Assembly: GCA_049472335.1 (NCBI GenBank)
Contig: JBLIRO010000053.1
Location: 1-33,956 of the forward strand
Direction of reading: 5' to 3'
DNA: 33,956 bases
Origin: a bacterium
GTDB taxonomy: Bacteria; SZUA-182; DTGQ01; JAFGSM01
Position 1 is the stretch's first letter; each line of letters begins with the position of its first letter. A model generated the notes under the pieces. The model had not been told where the DNA came from and did not search any database. It worked only from the letters and a program-made list of their open reading frames with translations. Positions 19,301 through 27,648 of the stretch are shown here, piece after piece. The translations under genes were made by a program, and so were the position numbers.

Positions 19301-22300
19301 TCGATCCTGAAGGGGACCTCCCCTTGACCTATCATTGGAATTTAGGGGATGGCATGACATCCACTGAGGAAAGCCCAATCCATGTCTATACCGCATCCGG
19401 TCTTTATATCGTCACACTCTTTGTGACAGACTCAAGAGGTGCCACAGGAAGTGCTGAGACAACAGCACAGATTGATGAGCCAAACCGTATACCCACAGCG
19501 GATGCCGGAGGTCCATATACAGGACATGCCCTGGCAGAAATCACCTTTGACGGCTCAGGCTCCTATGATCCGGATGACGATCCCTTAACCTATACCTGGA
19601 ATTTTGGGGACAGCACACCTCCGGAGACCGGTGTCACGGTTACCCATATCTATGAAACAGAAGGCACATACAATGTGTCCCTCACCATTGATGATGGCCG
19701 CAGTGGGATTGATACGGACTCCGTGGATGTGGTTATCAGCCCGCCCAACGAACTTCCGGATGCCCTGTTCACCGGGAACAACTTTGGCAATGTGGGGGAT
19801 GAGTTTACCTTTGACGCATCCGCATCCAGTGATCCGGATGGTGAAATTATCTCATATGAATGGGATTTTGATGATGGATCAACAACCACAGGGATGATTG
19901 TGACCCATGTCTATAATACCCCTGGCCATTATACGGTCTCTTTAACCGTAACGGATGATGATAATGCAGAAGATACAGCAACCCTTGAGGTCAATATCAA
20001 CGCCCCACCCGAGATAACCTCCACCCCTGAAACAACCGCCCTTGAAGATAGCCTCTATACCTATGATGCAGAGGCAGACGACCAGGATGGGGATACACTA
20101 ACTTACTCTCTTACACAGGCCCCTTCCGGGATGACCATTGATGATGCAACCGGTCTGGTCCAGTGGACACCGGTACAGTCCCAGGTTGGTGACAACCCTG
20201 TCACAATCTTGGTAAACGATGGCAAGGGAAGGACAGCCACCCAATCCTTTGTTATTGTTGTCCAGAATGTGAACGATCTCCCGCAGATAACCTATACCCC
20301 ACCACCGTCCGGTGCAGAAGGCATGAGTTACACCTTCCAGGTACAGGCCACGGATGAGGACGATACAGAACTCACCTTCAGTTTGGATGCCTCCCCGGAT
20401 GGTATGACCATTGGGACAGATTCAGGTCTTATTTCCTGGACTCCTTCGGCTATTCAGGCAGGTTCTCATACTGTAAAGGTTCGGGTGACCGATCCCACTG
20501 GGGCCTTTGTCATTCAGGACTATGTTATTGAGGTGGCGGAAGCACTGAATGCCCCTCCAGTGGTCACTCTCTCTCCCGTGGTCACAGGCGTTGAAGGGGA
20601 GCCCTATGTCTATGATATAGAAGTAGTCGATCCTGAAGGGGATACTATTACCTTCAATCTCATTACGGCTCCCGAGGGAATGACCATCCAGTCTGACACG
20701 GGTCTGGTGGAGTGGGTTCCAGCCGCAGACCAGTCCGGCGTTCATGATGTCCTGATACGGATCGATGATGGACGCGGAGGTATCGTTGACCACGGCTTTA
20801 CCATTACCGTGGCGGAAGCCCTGAACATGCCTCCACAGATTGTCTCCAGTCCCTATCTCAATGCAGTGGTCGATTATGTCTATACATATCAGGCAGAGGC
20901 AAACGACCCGGATGGAGATTCCCTCATCTACTCACTCACCACAGCCCCGGATGGTATGAATATTGACTCCGTAACAGGGGAGATTACCTGGACTCCCATT
21001 GCATCTCAGCAGGGAGACAACAATATTGTCATCCAGGTCGACGATGGACGGGGCAGCACGGCTACCCAGCCCTACACCCTTTTCGTGCGGCTGGAGAACC
21101 AGCCTCCGGCCATCACCAGCACACCGCCTATTAATGGCACCGAGGGCCAGCTCTACATGTATGATGTTGAGGCCACTGATCCGGAAGGAGATCCCATTAC
21201 GTTCAGTCTCGTGGTTTCTCCGAGCGGCATGACGATTGATTCCGGCACCGGACTCATTAGCTGGATGCCTGAACCCACGCAGGTGGGAGATTATGCAGTT
21301 GAAGTGCGGGTTGTGGATCATTTTGACGGCGAAGGATTTCACCAGGTCTATACCCTCACCATTGCAGACGGCACCCCGCCAACTGTCACTGTGACGGTTG
21401 AACCGGACCGGGTAAACCTTGGTGAGGATGTTATTGTCACTGTGACAGCCAACGACAACGTAGGTGTGGTTGATACAACCCTGACCGTTGATGGCGCCGC
21501 TGTGCCCCTCGTTGGAAACCAAGCCATCTATACAACAATTACGGTTGGCCGCATTGTTGCTCAGGCCATTGCTACCGATGATGCAGGCCTGGCAGGCACA
21601 GGCAGCTTTATCTTCATCGTCATAGACCCGGAAGACACTGATCCACCTGTAGTGAACATGTCACTGGAGGAGGGTCAGGAAATAACTGCACCAACGGAAA
21701 TCACAGGAACCGTCGACGATCCCGGCATTGAGTTCTATACCCTGGAATATGCCAAGAAAGGGACGGATGACTGGATTGTTTTCGCTACCGGCACCGGCCC
21801 GGTCATAGATGATGTGCTGGGTGAGTTTGACCCGACCATGCTCACAAACGGCCTCTATGATATCCGCCTTACCGCTACTGATTTTAGCGGCAATTCCGCC
21901 TCAACCTCGGTGACCTGTATCATCACCGGCGACCTGAAGGCGGGCATTAACAGAATAACCTTCACAGACCTTCAGGTTCCTGTTTCCGGTATACCTATCA
22001 CCGTACGCCGCACCTATGACAGCCGGGTCAAGACTAAAAAGGATTTTGGTGTAGGCTGGTCTGTGGATATCCTGGATGTTGAGCTAAGCGAGAACCAGAC
22101 GCCTGGGGATGACTGGTATGCCGTCAATACAGGAAGTACCTTTTTCCCTAACTGGGAGCTGAGATCCTCGAAGATACATCTGGTCTTAGTGAGGTTTCCC
22201 GACGGTAAAACGGACGTATTTGAAATGAAGGCATATTTTGATGATCCTGTGAGCCGCACAGGAAATTTGACTTACGTCACCTTTGAGCCCCGGACCGGAA

Positions 22301-24813
22301 CCACATCCACATTGCAACCCTATGATGCCGGCGATTACCAGGTTCTCACAGGCTGGCAGTTGTTGGATTGGAATACCTGGACTCTATACGATCCAGACCG
22401 CTACCTGTTGACCAAAAAGGATGGAACGAAAATGGTCATCAATCAAGAGACCGGTCTGGAGAGTATCGAAGATCTCAACGGCAATAGACTCATCATCAAC
22501 AGCAGCGGCATTGTCCACTCCTCAGGCAAGAGTATTGTATTTGACCGCGATGAAGAAGGCCGGATTACAAGCATTACCGATCCCCTGGGTAATGTCATCA
22601 CTTATAGTTGTGACGTTAATGGTGACCTCGTTCAGGTAATGCCTCGCATCGGATATGTGGTAACAATGACCTACGATGATGACCATAATCTCTTGGATAT
22701 CATTAATGTCCTGGATGAGCCAGTGTTTGGTGCGGAGTACGATGAGGAGGGCCGCCTCGTCGCAACACGCGATGCACAGGGCAACCGTATCGATCTGAGA
22801 CACGAACTGGAACAGCTACGTACTGTCGTTACGGATCGGCTCGGGCATCCAACCGTATATCGTTACGATCAACGCGGTAACGTCGTGAGCGAGACTGATC
22901 CGCTGGGAAACACGAAGACGTATACTTACGATGCCCGTGACAACCTTTTAACAGAAACAGATCCACTGGGGAATACCACCACCTACACCTATGACGATCA
23001 GGACAACCTTCTGACTACCACCGACCCACTCGGGAATGTCACAACTTATACCTATAACAGTCGTGGCCAGATCCTCACTATCACCGACCCACTCGGCAAC
23101 ACCACGACCAATTCCTATGGTTCAGCAGGCAACCTGATCACTAGCATAGATCAACTAAGCAATGTCTGGACCTATACCTACGACGTCCACGGCAATAGAA
23201 TCAGTGAAACCGATCCGGGAGGCAATACCACAAGCTATGAATACAACAGTTATGGTTGGTTGACAAAGCAGACAAGCCCGTGCTGTGGCGAGACACGTTA
23301 TTTCTACGATGAGAACGGCAATAAAACACAGCAGATCGTTACACGTACGACTGCATCGGGCCCTGAGGAGATCATGACACAATTTGAGTACGATGTTGAA
23401 GGAAGACTCATAAATACAACCTACGCAGACGCATTATCTGCAACCATTGAATATGATGTGCGGGGCAACAAGCAAGCTGATATTGATCAGCTTGGCCGGC
23501 GCAGGACTTATACTCATACACCAATCGGGAGCTTATCCCGGATCACCTATCCGGACGGTACTACCCAAAGGTATACCTATGATGCAAAAGGGCAACATAT
23601 TACCAGCACCGATGCAGGTGGGTATACAACGACCTATGTATATGATGCCCTGGGACGCACTATCCAAACCATTTATGCCGATGATGCCCTGACCAGCACT
23701 GCGTATGATGCTGCAGGCCGCATCGCGTTGAGTACAGACGCCAGAGGTAATACCACTACCTATGTCTACGATGCTGCGGATCGCCGGATCTCAACTATTA
23801 ACGCGCTCGGTGAGACAACGTTGTATAATTACGATGCAGCCGGCAGGCTCCTTTCCACAGTACAACCCAACGGTCAGATTTACAGCAATGAATACGATGC
23901 CAAAGGCCGTGTGACGAAGACCATTTATCCAGACGGGACCTTTGAACAGACAACGTATGATTTCGCTGATCGCGAGATTTCCAAAACCGATCAGGCCGGC
24001 CTGACCACGAACTACAGCTACGACGCCGGTGGCCGGTTGACGCAGGTGATCGATGCCCTGGGGCAAACAACCAGCTATGCCTATGACGAGCTAGGTAACC
24101 GCCTGTCCCAGACCGATGCCAAAGGCCAAACTACTACATGGGTGTACGATGCCTTCGGTCGTGAGATTCAGCATACTCTGCCGCTTTGGATGTCGGAAAC
24201 CCGTAGCTACAACGCCGTTGGTAGTCTGCTTAGTAAAACCGATTTCAATGGCAATACGACTACCTATACCTATAATAATCGAAACCGCCGTACCGGTATA
24301 GCCTATCCGGATGGTTCCACACTTTCATTCACTTATACATCTAATGGAAAGCTTGCCACCACAACTGATGCAAGGGGCGTGACTGCTTACACCTATGACG
24401 ATCGCGGTCGATTAATACAACGTACCGATCCGGATGGAATAGTAGTAGCTTATACATACGATAAGGCCGGCAACCGCACATCCGTTACAACACCGTCTGG
24501 TAGCACCACATATACATATGATGCGTTGAACCGCTTGCAAAGCGTTACTGATCCGGATGGAGGCGTTACGGGGTATGAATATGACACCGTAGGCAACTTG
24601 GTCACGCTAAGCTATCCGAATGGGACAGTTGCAGCTTATGAGTACGATAGTCTGAATCGGTTAATCTCAGTTCAGAACCGACGCTCGGATTTAAGCTTGA
24701 TATCGAGCTACACCTACACTCTGGGGCCGGCTGGAAATCGTTTGCAGGTCGTCGAACACACAGGCCGGACAGTCGATTACAGCTATGATGCACTCTATCG
24801 ATTGACTCAGTAA
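13321..24813 (+). CDS. Giant secreted PKD / lectin-like / prenyltransferase-like / putative-Ig / Rhs(YD) protein, part 1 (3830 aa, ends at an in-frame TAA)
   Basis: GGAGG RBS and hydrophobic N-terminus. Many WDFGDG PKD units; AIDNGLWWL..GGWRY..DNSASQW alpha-toroid region; APxGMTIDxxTGLIxWTP Ig repeats; DLQVPVSGIPITVRRTYDS; long YD-repeat tract. Confidence 0.92.
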   Translation: MSMRGISFFKGSHFCKVVVCLICYIFMVQSCVWMMPLPSSRYYPIGPLSSVEKNQRILSDLADAFRSAIDLFLPSKAYAAPPVADAGGPYEALEGSWHPITFDGSGSTADEGIAEYHWDFGEYNYTFDGTQINDDLWVASSQVTQNDEIVITGANNWGSTYFFSKYTYQRDSILEASIKTPSESTQYLMVGFKQDNETYHYNQMTYAIYFNSGAFYIYEDGSNRGWTGYYYTSGQEYEVRIELKKDMGALYYFREKGTTEWILLYNSNYSSLSPLKVGCDVYYANFSVDDIKLISHAYGPIVTIPIFSNQIVTLTVTDNIGQSASDTTTVSVQIVTGAPPVANPGGPYTFGEAFANCNRWTVPLDGTGSTDDYQIRTYQWSYGDYTHTFDGTEINNNLWIAPLQVTQNNEIIITGASGWGTRYFFSKHPYQRDSILEVLIKTPSPSYQNLMVGFKRDNENYHYNQMTYAIYFASGSIYIYEDGGNRGGITSYTQGEEYEVRIELKRDAGALYYFRENGASEWSLLYDSVYSTLSSFRVGADVYSDSFALDNLKVTSHAYGPTPTISIYADQTISLTVDDYAGQTATGTTSVALLGDALPVADPGGPYTFDEEVASGGQWSALVNGSSSTDDHGICTYEWDFGDGGTGTGISPIHQYSKTGTYTLSLTVTDHAGQTHTSGTTLTILDNDDPAPSIAAPEAVGEENASLGCWSVDFDASGSTDDFGIWRYEWDFGDGSTGTGQNITHSYCAAGTYTVTLTVYDHAEQSVSTTTTIHVQPGGLPVSDAGGPYGPIESGQPVTFDGTGSTDDFGITEYFWDFGEFIHTFDGTQINYAQWAAPSQVIQDNEIILTGAENWGTRYFFSRHPYPRGSILEAVIKTPDTSTQYLMVGFKRDNAIGHYDQMPYAIYFINGSIYIYEDGDNRGYCTYYTRGLEYEVRIELKKDAGALYYFRERGVTDWTLIYNSNYGNLNSLRIGVDVHTGSFAVDDIKLINHAYGPTPTVHIFQDQTVILTVTDNAGQTDSDTPDIDIDIGAPPQAEIAAPDHLDLGIEGIFDASSSTDDYGIGAYLWDFGDGDTADGKIVYHFYSSVGTHTVTLKIYDYAGQFDIATKTVEVSGENLVVCVPWQIVGGVKIPHDTWSGNEAVLKAVAKCATVPIEYTWDFGDGTSESGTITNASDRFTIEARHIYTGSDGEPFIATVTITDDRGVTASDTYQLIIRPKTLEIEENVAIDNGLWWLYKNQIRDTWPAGTYEGAPMEYSYWTGYGSYVSQTASVVQAFLINGHMETGDPIEDPYVETVRRGMRYVFTILNHVNIGPQTYGDPDTNGNGIGLEVSDGYPIYQGGMVMDVIAAAGTPDAIAQTGGINVCGRTYRDILTDMVDMYAWGQDDYPSTGGWRYNWNSSPDNSASQWGAIGLLAAEEIFGITIPQWVKERNDVWLNSSYNGTGFGYTGSGNGVATTPSGMIQLAFCDKTTSDSRWQTSEDWIANNWTLWLNQNNIYAYYAFTKAMRTAQPQEIVILSATGFDWFNDEHQGLARYLMDLQQTDLGWPNLNFAEGGFLIGRTFSTAWSIIILTRTLFVKPPVALIHASPNPGAVGQEIRFDASASYHLDPYRNIVAYQWDFDVSDGLDWEYPDATGRVTTHTYGELGDYTVTLRVLDDNVPERMDTDIVIISITIPPHPPTANADGPYITVTGESVTLDGSGSYDINEPEGDSITAYGWEIDMIAPRDFEDAAGVSPTVSGYDTAGTYPIGLRVTDNTEDAFPSSGSPNLTDEDFTEVIVYNRCINDLYVRPKGTKASLVWTHIGVDEYKIYRSERGPNIGMALIGTTSSTYSTFMDYNVELYKDYWYRVQVENDNQICMSHAYHINSQGRIRNRPPEITSIPPLTIQEDQLYSYDVNAEDPDGHGITYILDQAPDGMSIDETTGLIEWTPVFSQMGPNDVTIRAMDELRASSTQFFTIIVSPRPNEPPVADPDGPYSGLRDQEITFDGSGSFDPEGDLPLTYHWNLGDGMTSTEESPIHVYTASGLYIVTLFVTDSRGATGSAETTAQIDEPNRIPTADAGGPYTGHALAEITFDGSGSYDPDDDPLTYTWNFGDSTPPETGVTVTHIYETEGTYNVSLTIDDGRSGIDTDSVDVVISPPNELPDALFTGNNFGNVGDEFTFDASASSDPDGEIISYEWDFDDGSTTTGMIVTHVYNTPGHYTVSLTVTDDDNAEDTATLEVNINAPPEITSTPETTALEDSLYTYDAEADDQDGDTLTYSLTQAPSGMTIDDATGLVQWTPVQSQVGDNPVTILVNDGKGRTATQSFVIVVQNVNDLPQITYTPPPSGAEGMSYTFQVQATDEDDTELTFSLDASPDGMTIGTDSGLISWTPSAIQAGSHTVKVRVTDPTGAFVIQDYVIEVAEALNAPPVVTLSPVVTGVEGEPYVYDIEVVDPEGDTITFNLITAPEGMTIQSDTGLVEWVPAADQSGVHDVLIRIDDGRGGIVDHGFTITVAEALNMPPQIVSSPYLNAVVDYVYTYQAEANDPDGDSLIYSLTTAPDGMNIDSVTGEITWTPIASQQGDNNIVIQVDDGRGSTATQPYTLFVRLENQPPAITSTPPINGTEGQLYMYDVEATDPEGDPITFSLVVSPSGMTIDSGTGLISWMPEPTQVGDYAVEVRVVDHFDGEGFHQVYTLTIADGTPPTVTVTVEPDRVNLGEDVIVTVTANDNVGVVDTTLTVDGAAVPLVGNQAIYTTITVGRIVAQAIATDDAGLAGTGSFIFIVIDPEDTDPPVVNMSLEEGQEITAPTEITGTVDDPGIEFYTLEYAKKGTDDWIVFATGTGPVIDDVLGEFDPTMLTNGLYDIRLTATDFSGNSASTSVTCIITGDLKAGINRITFTDLQVPVSGIPITVRRTYDSRVKTKKDFGVGWSVDILDVELSENQTPGDDWYAVNTGSTFFPNWELRSSKIHLVLVRFPDGKTDVFEMKAYFDDPVSRTGNLTYVTFEPRTGTTSTLQPYDAGDYQVLTGWQLLDWNTWTLYDPDRYLLTKKDGTKMVINQETGLESIEDLNGNRLIINSSGIVHSSGKSIVFDRDEEGRITSITDPLGNVITYSCDVNGDLVQVMPRIGYVVTMTYDDDHNLLDIINVLDEPVFGAEYDEEGRLVATRDAQGNRIDLRHELEQLRTVVTDRLGHPTVYRYDQRGNVVSETDPLGNTKTYTYDARDNLLTETDPLGNTTTYTYDDQDNLLTTTDPLGNVTTYTYNSRGQILTITDPLGNTTTNSYGSAGNLITSIDQLSNVWTYTYDVHGNRISETDPGGNTTSYEYNSYGWLTKQTSPCCGETRYFYDENGNKTQQIVTRTTASGPEEIMTQFEYDVEGRLINTTYADALSATIEYDVRGNKQADIDQLGRRRTYTHTPIGSLSRITYPDGTTQRYTYDAKGQHITSTDAGGYTTTYVYDALGRTIQTIYADDALTSTAYDAAGRIALSTDARGNTTTYVYDAADRRISTINALGETTLYNYDAAGRLLSTVQPNGQIYSNEYDAKGRVTKTIYPDGTFEQTTYDFADREISKTDQAGLTTNYSYDAGGRLTQVIDALGQTTSYAYDELGNRLSQTDAKGQTTTWVYDAFGREIQHTLPLWMSETRSYNAVGSLLSKTDFNGNTTTYTYNNRNRRTGIAYPDGSTLSFTYTSNGKLATTTDARGVTAYTYDDRGRLIQRTDPDGIVVAYTYDKAGNRTSVTTPSGSTTYTYDALNRLQSVTDPDGGVTGYEYDTVGNLVTLSYPNGTVAAYEYDSLNRLISVQNRRSDLSLISSYTYTLGPAGNRLQVVEHTGRTVDYSYDALYRLTQ

Positions 24814-26229
24814 CAGATCACCGATCCGGCCTTGGGCAGTGAAACGATTATTTATAATTATGACGCCATTGGCAACCGGCTCACGAAGACTGATTCCTCT
24901 GGGACAACGAACTACACCTACGACATCAATGATCGACTTCTCAGTGCAGGCAGCCTTACATTCAGCTATGACAATAACGGTAATACTCTAACGAAGATCG
25001 ATGGCGCTGAAGTGACTTCTTATAGTTATGACTATGAGAACCGGCTCATAGCAGCGCAGACACCTGCCAACTCGATCGGTTATTCATATGATCCTGATGG
25101 CATTCGGGTGAGTAAGGAAGTTGACAGTGCTATTACCCACTATGTGGTGGATAAGAATCGGCCGTTTGCCCAGGTGTTGGAGGAGAGAAATGGTAGTGGC
25201 GCATTGCTCTCAAGTTATGTCTATGGTCAGGATCTGATCAGCAGGCAACACAGCGCCGGGTCCAACTACTACCATTATGATGGGCCGGGCAGTGTGCGGC
25301 AACTAACTGAAGCAACGGAGAACATAACGGACCGCTATGCCTATGATGCGTTTGGTCAGTTACTTGACCACGATGGGGTATCAAATAACAGCTATCGCTA
25401 CGCCGGTGAGCAACTAGATCCCTATCTAGATAACTACTATATGCGGGCACGCTACTATCAACCCAACCTGGGACGGTTCCTGACTCGCGATACATTCCCC
25501 GCAGCACAGGCAGAACAACAGACATTGCACAGGTATGTCTACGCATGGAATGACCCAATAAACAAATTGGATCCGAGTGGCCAATATACTTTGACCGGGG
25601 TGATGATTACTGTCGTTGTGATTGGGATTTTGGCTATGACAGCAGGTTGCAATCGATCACACAGAGGAAATACAAATAGGCTCTACGTTTCTAGATTCAA
25701 TATACCCATTATAAACGATCCAGATAGATTTGCAGGCCGAGAAGACTGGATTATTCATAGAGCGCTTGAAATGGTCAGACTTAATATCAGACAACTAAAT
25801 GTTCCGGTCGAAGTTTCTGAAGGTATACGCCCCGCAAGTCCCGCTACTAAACATCAGCCTAATAAACATATAGTGATTAGAGGCCGTCAAGAGGATTTGT
25901 TATTGGATTGCCGTAACTATATTGGACGCAACCTAGATCCCGATCCTTTAGGTCTAGCGCCTATATGTGGGATCGATGGATCAGCAGAAATAATACATAT
26001 ACTTAACTTTGTTGCCTGTGAAGGGGGTACTGAATTGAAAGCTGCGATAGCATTAGGCAACGTAATAACACATGAGGCCGGTCATCTCTGGTGTGCAGGT
26101 CATACAGGAGGTAGGGGCAATTTCATGCAACGCCAGATATCTTATGAGGATTTAACAAATCCAGCTTTGAGATGGAATAATCCTTCACGAATAGACATAG
26201 AGCGAACGCTAAGGAAAGTCTCTCAATAG
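24814..26229 (+). CDS. In-frame continuation of the Rhs protein: Rhs core plus C-terminal zinc metallopeptidase-like domain
   Basis: Same frame as the upstream ORF (QITDPALGSETI...). RYYQPNLGRFLTRD..YVYAWNDPINKLDPSG core, then HEAGHLWCAGH followed by NFM. Confidence 0.88.
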   Translation, partial: QITDPALGSETIIYNYDAIGNRLTKTDSSGTTNYTYDINDRLLSAGSLTFSYDNNGNTLTKIDGAEVTSYSYDYENRLIAAQTPANSIGYSYDPDGIRVSKEVDSAITHYVVDKNRPFAQVLEERNGSGALLSSYVYGQDLISRQHSAGSNYYHYDGPGSVRQLTEATENITDRYAYDAFGQLLDHDGVSNNSYRYAGEQLDPYLDNYYMRARYYQPNLGRFLTRDTFPAAQAEQQTLHRYVYAWNDPINKLDPSGQYTLTGVMITVVVIGILAMTAGCNRSHRGNTNRLYVSRFNIPIINDPDRFAGREDWIIHRALEMVRLNIRQLNVPVEVSEGIRPASPATKHQPNKHIVIRGRQEDLLLDCRNYIGRNLDPDPLGLAPICGIDGSAEIIHILNFVACEGGTELKAAIALGNVITHEAGHLWCAGHTGGRGNFMQRQISYEDLTNPALRWNNPSRIDIERTLRKVSQ

Positions 26230-26237
26230 ACGACTCT

Positions 26238-26404
26238 AGGGGATGTCAAAGGGGATGTCAAGGAAGGATGTCAAGGGATGAAGGTTGTCAAGGGGACACA
26301 AGGTTGTCAAGGGGACGGTTGTCATTGTCAAGGGGACGGTTCTTCGGATTGTCAAGGGGACGGTTCTTCTTCGGATTGTCAAGGGGACGGTTCTTCTGAC
26401 AATC
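26238..26404 (+). repeat. Irregular tandem repeat of progressively longer TGTCAAGGGGACGGTTCTTC units
   Basis: Nine TGTCA copies; the last unit forms the imperfect hairpin GATTGTCA-AGGGGACGGTTCTTC-TGACAATC (26374-26404). Confidence 0.9.
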
Positions 26405-26423
26405 AACGACTAAGCAAAGAATC

Positions 26424-26605
26424 CCTCATATGATTCTCAGAGATAAAATTGATAATACAACTACTAAACCTTTTGAACAAATATGGAAACAGAAAACGCC
26501 AGGCATGGCTACTGGATTAACAGACTATATCTGAACTTTTAGAGAACTCTTAACTTTTAAATCTGCCCATGCTCCATAATCAAAGTATTAGTGGAAGAGC
26601 ATCAC
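26424..26605 (+). mobile_element. IS1-family transposase 3' remnant with right terminal inverted repeat
   Basis: PHMILR..WKQKTPGMATGLTDYI*TFRELLTFK matches the TPAMAAGLTDHxWTxxELL tail. The end reads GTGATGCTCTTCCACTAA on the minus strand, similar to the IS1 end GGTGATGCT. Confidence 0.75.
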
Positions 26606-26608
26606 ATT

Positions 26609-27388
26609 TTATTTATCTTTTTTAATGTCTTCGTCCGCCTCAAAAGGAAAATTAATTTTCCCCAATACAAATTTTTCAATTTTTTCTCCAGCCGCAATAG
26701 CTTCTTGGGCATCCTCTTTGCCAATACTTTCAAAAGGCAGATCACATGGATAACGGGCTTTAGTAATATATTCGTTTAAAAGAGCACATTCCTCTTTTAA
26801 ATATTTAAACTTTGGATCAAAGTCTATACAAAAAGCTAATAAATCTTGCAGATCATGAATTTTTCTTAGTTCCCAGCCATTCCAGATTAAGAATGCTTTT
26901 AAGTATTTCTCCGTGCTCCCTTGGCAGGGAAAACATATTGTATGATATGGTGCATAATCTTCTTTCATTCCCGAACGGGCAAGCAAAAGGTTTTCCCGGG
27001 CAAATTTCAACCAATCTTGAACCAATTTTATTTCTTCTCTACTTTTTTCATAGAGGACTTTCCCATCCCTAAAGATGTGATAAAGATAAAAAGGATTTTT
27101 AGCTCTAAAATTCCATTCTACTTCCTCTGTTTTGCGAACTATCAGATCTATTGGAAATTTTCGTCCCCATAGCAAAGCCTCTAATTTCCTTCTTATAATA
27201 TGGCTGGATTCTTGACCATTTTTGATTATAAACAGATCCAGATCACTATTTCGGTTAAAATCACCTCTGGCATACGAGCCAAATAAGATGATTTTCTCTG
27301 GTTGAATTTCTCGAACAATTTTTTTAACAATATATTCAATTAAATCAGGATTTATTTTTTCTGTATTTAATCTTTTATCAATAGACAT
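26609..27388 (-). CDS. Fused minimal nucleotidyltransferase (MNT) - HEPN domain protein (259 aa)
   Basis: IILFGSYARG..SDLDL..GKVLYE (MNT), then WLKFARENL..CQ..EKYLKA..KIHDL..RYP (HEPN). Confidence 0.88.
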   Translation of the reverse strand: MSIDKRLNTEKINPDLIEYIVKKIVREIQPEKIILFGSYARGDFNRNSDLDLFIIKNGQESSHIIRRKLEALLWGRKFPIDLIVRKTEEVEWNFRAKNPFYLYHIFRDGKVLYEKSREEIKLVQDWLKFARENLLLARSGMKEDYAPYHTICFPCQGSTEKYLKAFLIWNGWELRKIHDLQDLLAFCIDFDPKFKYLKEECALLNEYITKARYPCDLPFESIGKEDAQEAIAAGEKIEKFVLGKINFPFEADEDIKKDK

Positions 27389-27450
27389 TTTTCATTCTTT
27401 AGAAACTGCAGAAATTGATTTCGTTTTGATATCATAGCAATATTATTAAA

Positions 27451-27648
27451 TCATTTATCTTTAAATATTGTCGAGAGCCTAAAGGGAATGCTAAGGGGAT
27501 GGTTCTTCTCTTTTTGCTTGGACAGCCCTGCCAGATAGCCAAAGATCTCATCAATAAGTGTATGAAATAATTTTGAATCATGTATATTCCCTGGATAGGT
27601 CTTAAAATACACGGGTAAAGAAGATGCCTTATCAACCATAAGGGCCAT
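27451..27648 (-). pseudogene. IS1634-like DDE transposase internal fragment
   Basis: ALMVDKASSLPVYFKTYPGNIHDSKLF motif; truncated at both ends; abuts the right direct repeat. Confidence 0.65.

Noticed and set aside
24811..24813. Stop-codon reassignment
   Set aside because: TAA, TAG and TGA all end intact genes in this window; internal stops are isolated.
3324..25558. Many short ORFs nested in or antisense to the large genes
   Set aside because: No recognisable motifs; expected shadows of long repetitive CDSs.
26238..26404. CRISPR array
   Set aside because: Units are unequal, there are no unique spacers and no cas genes.
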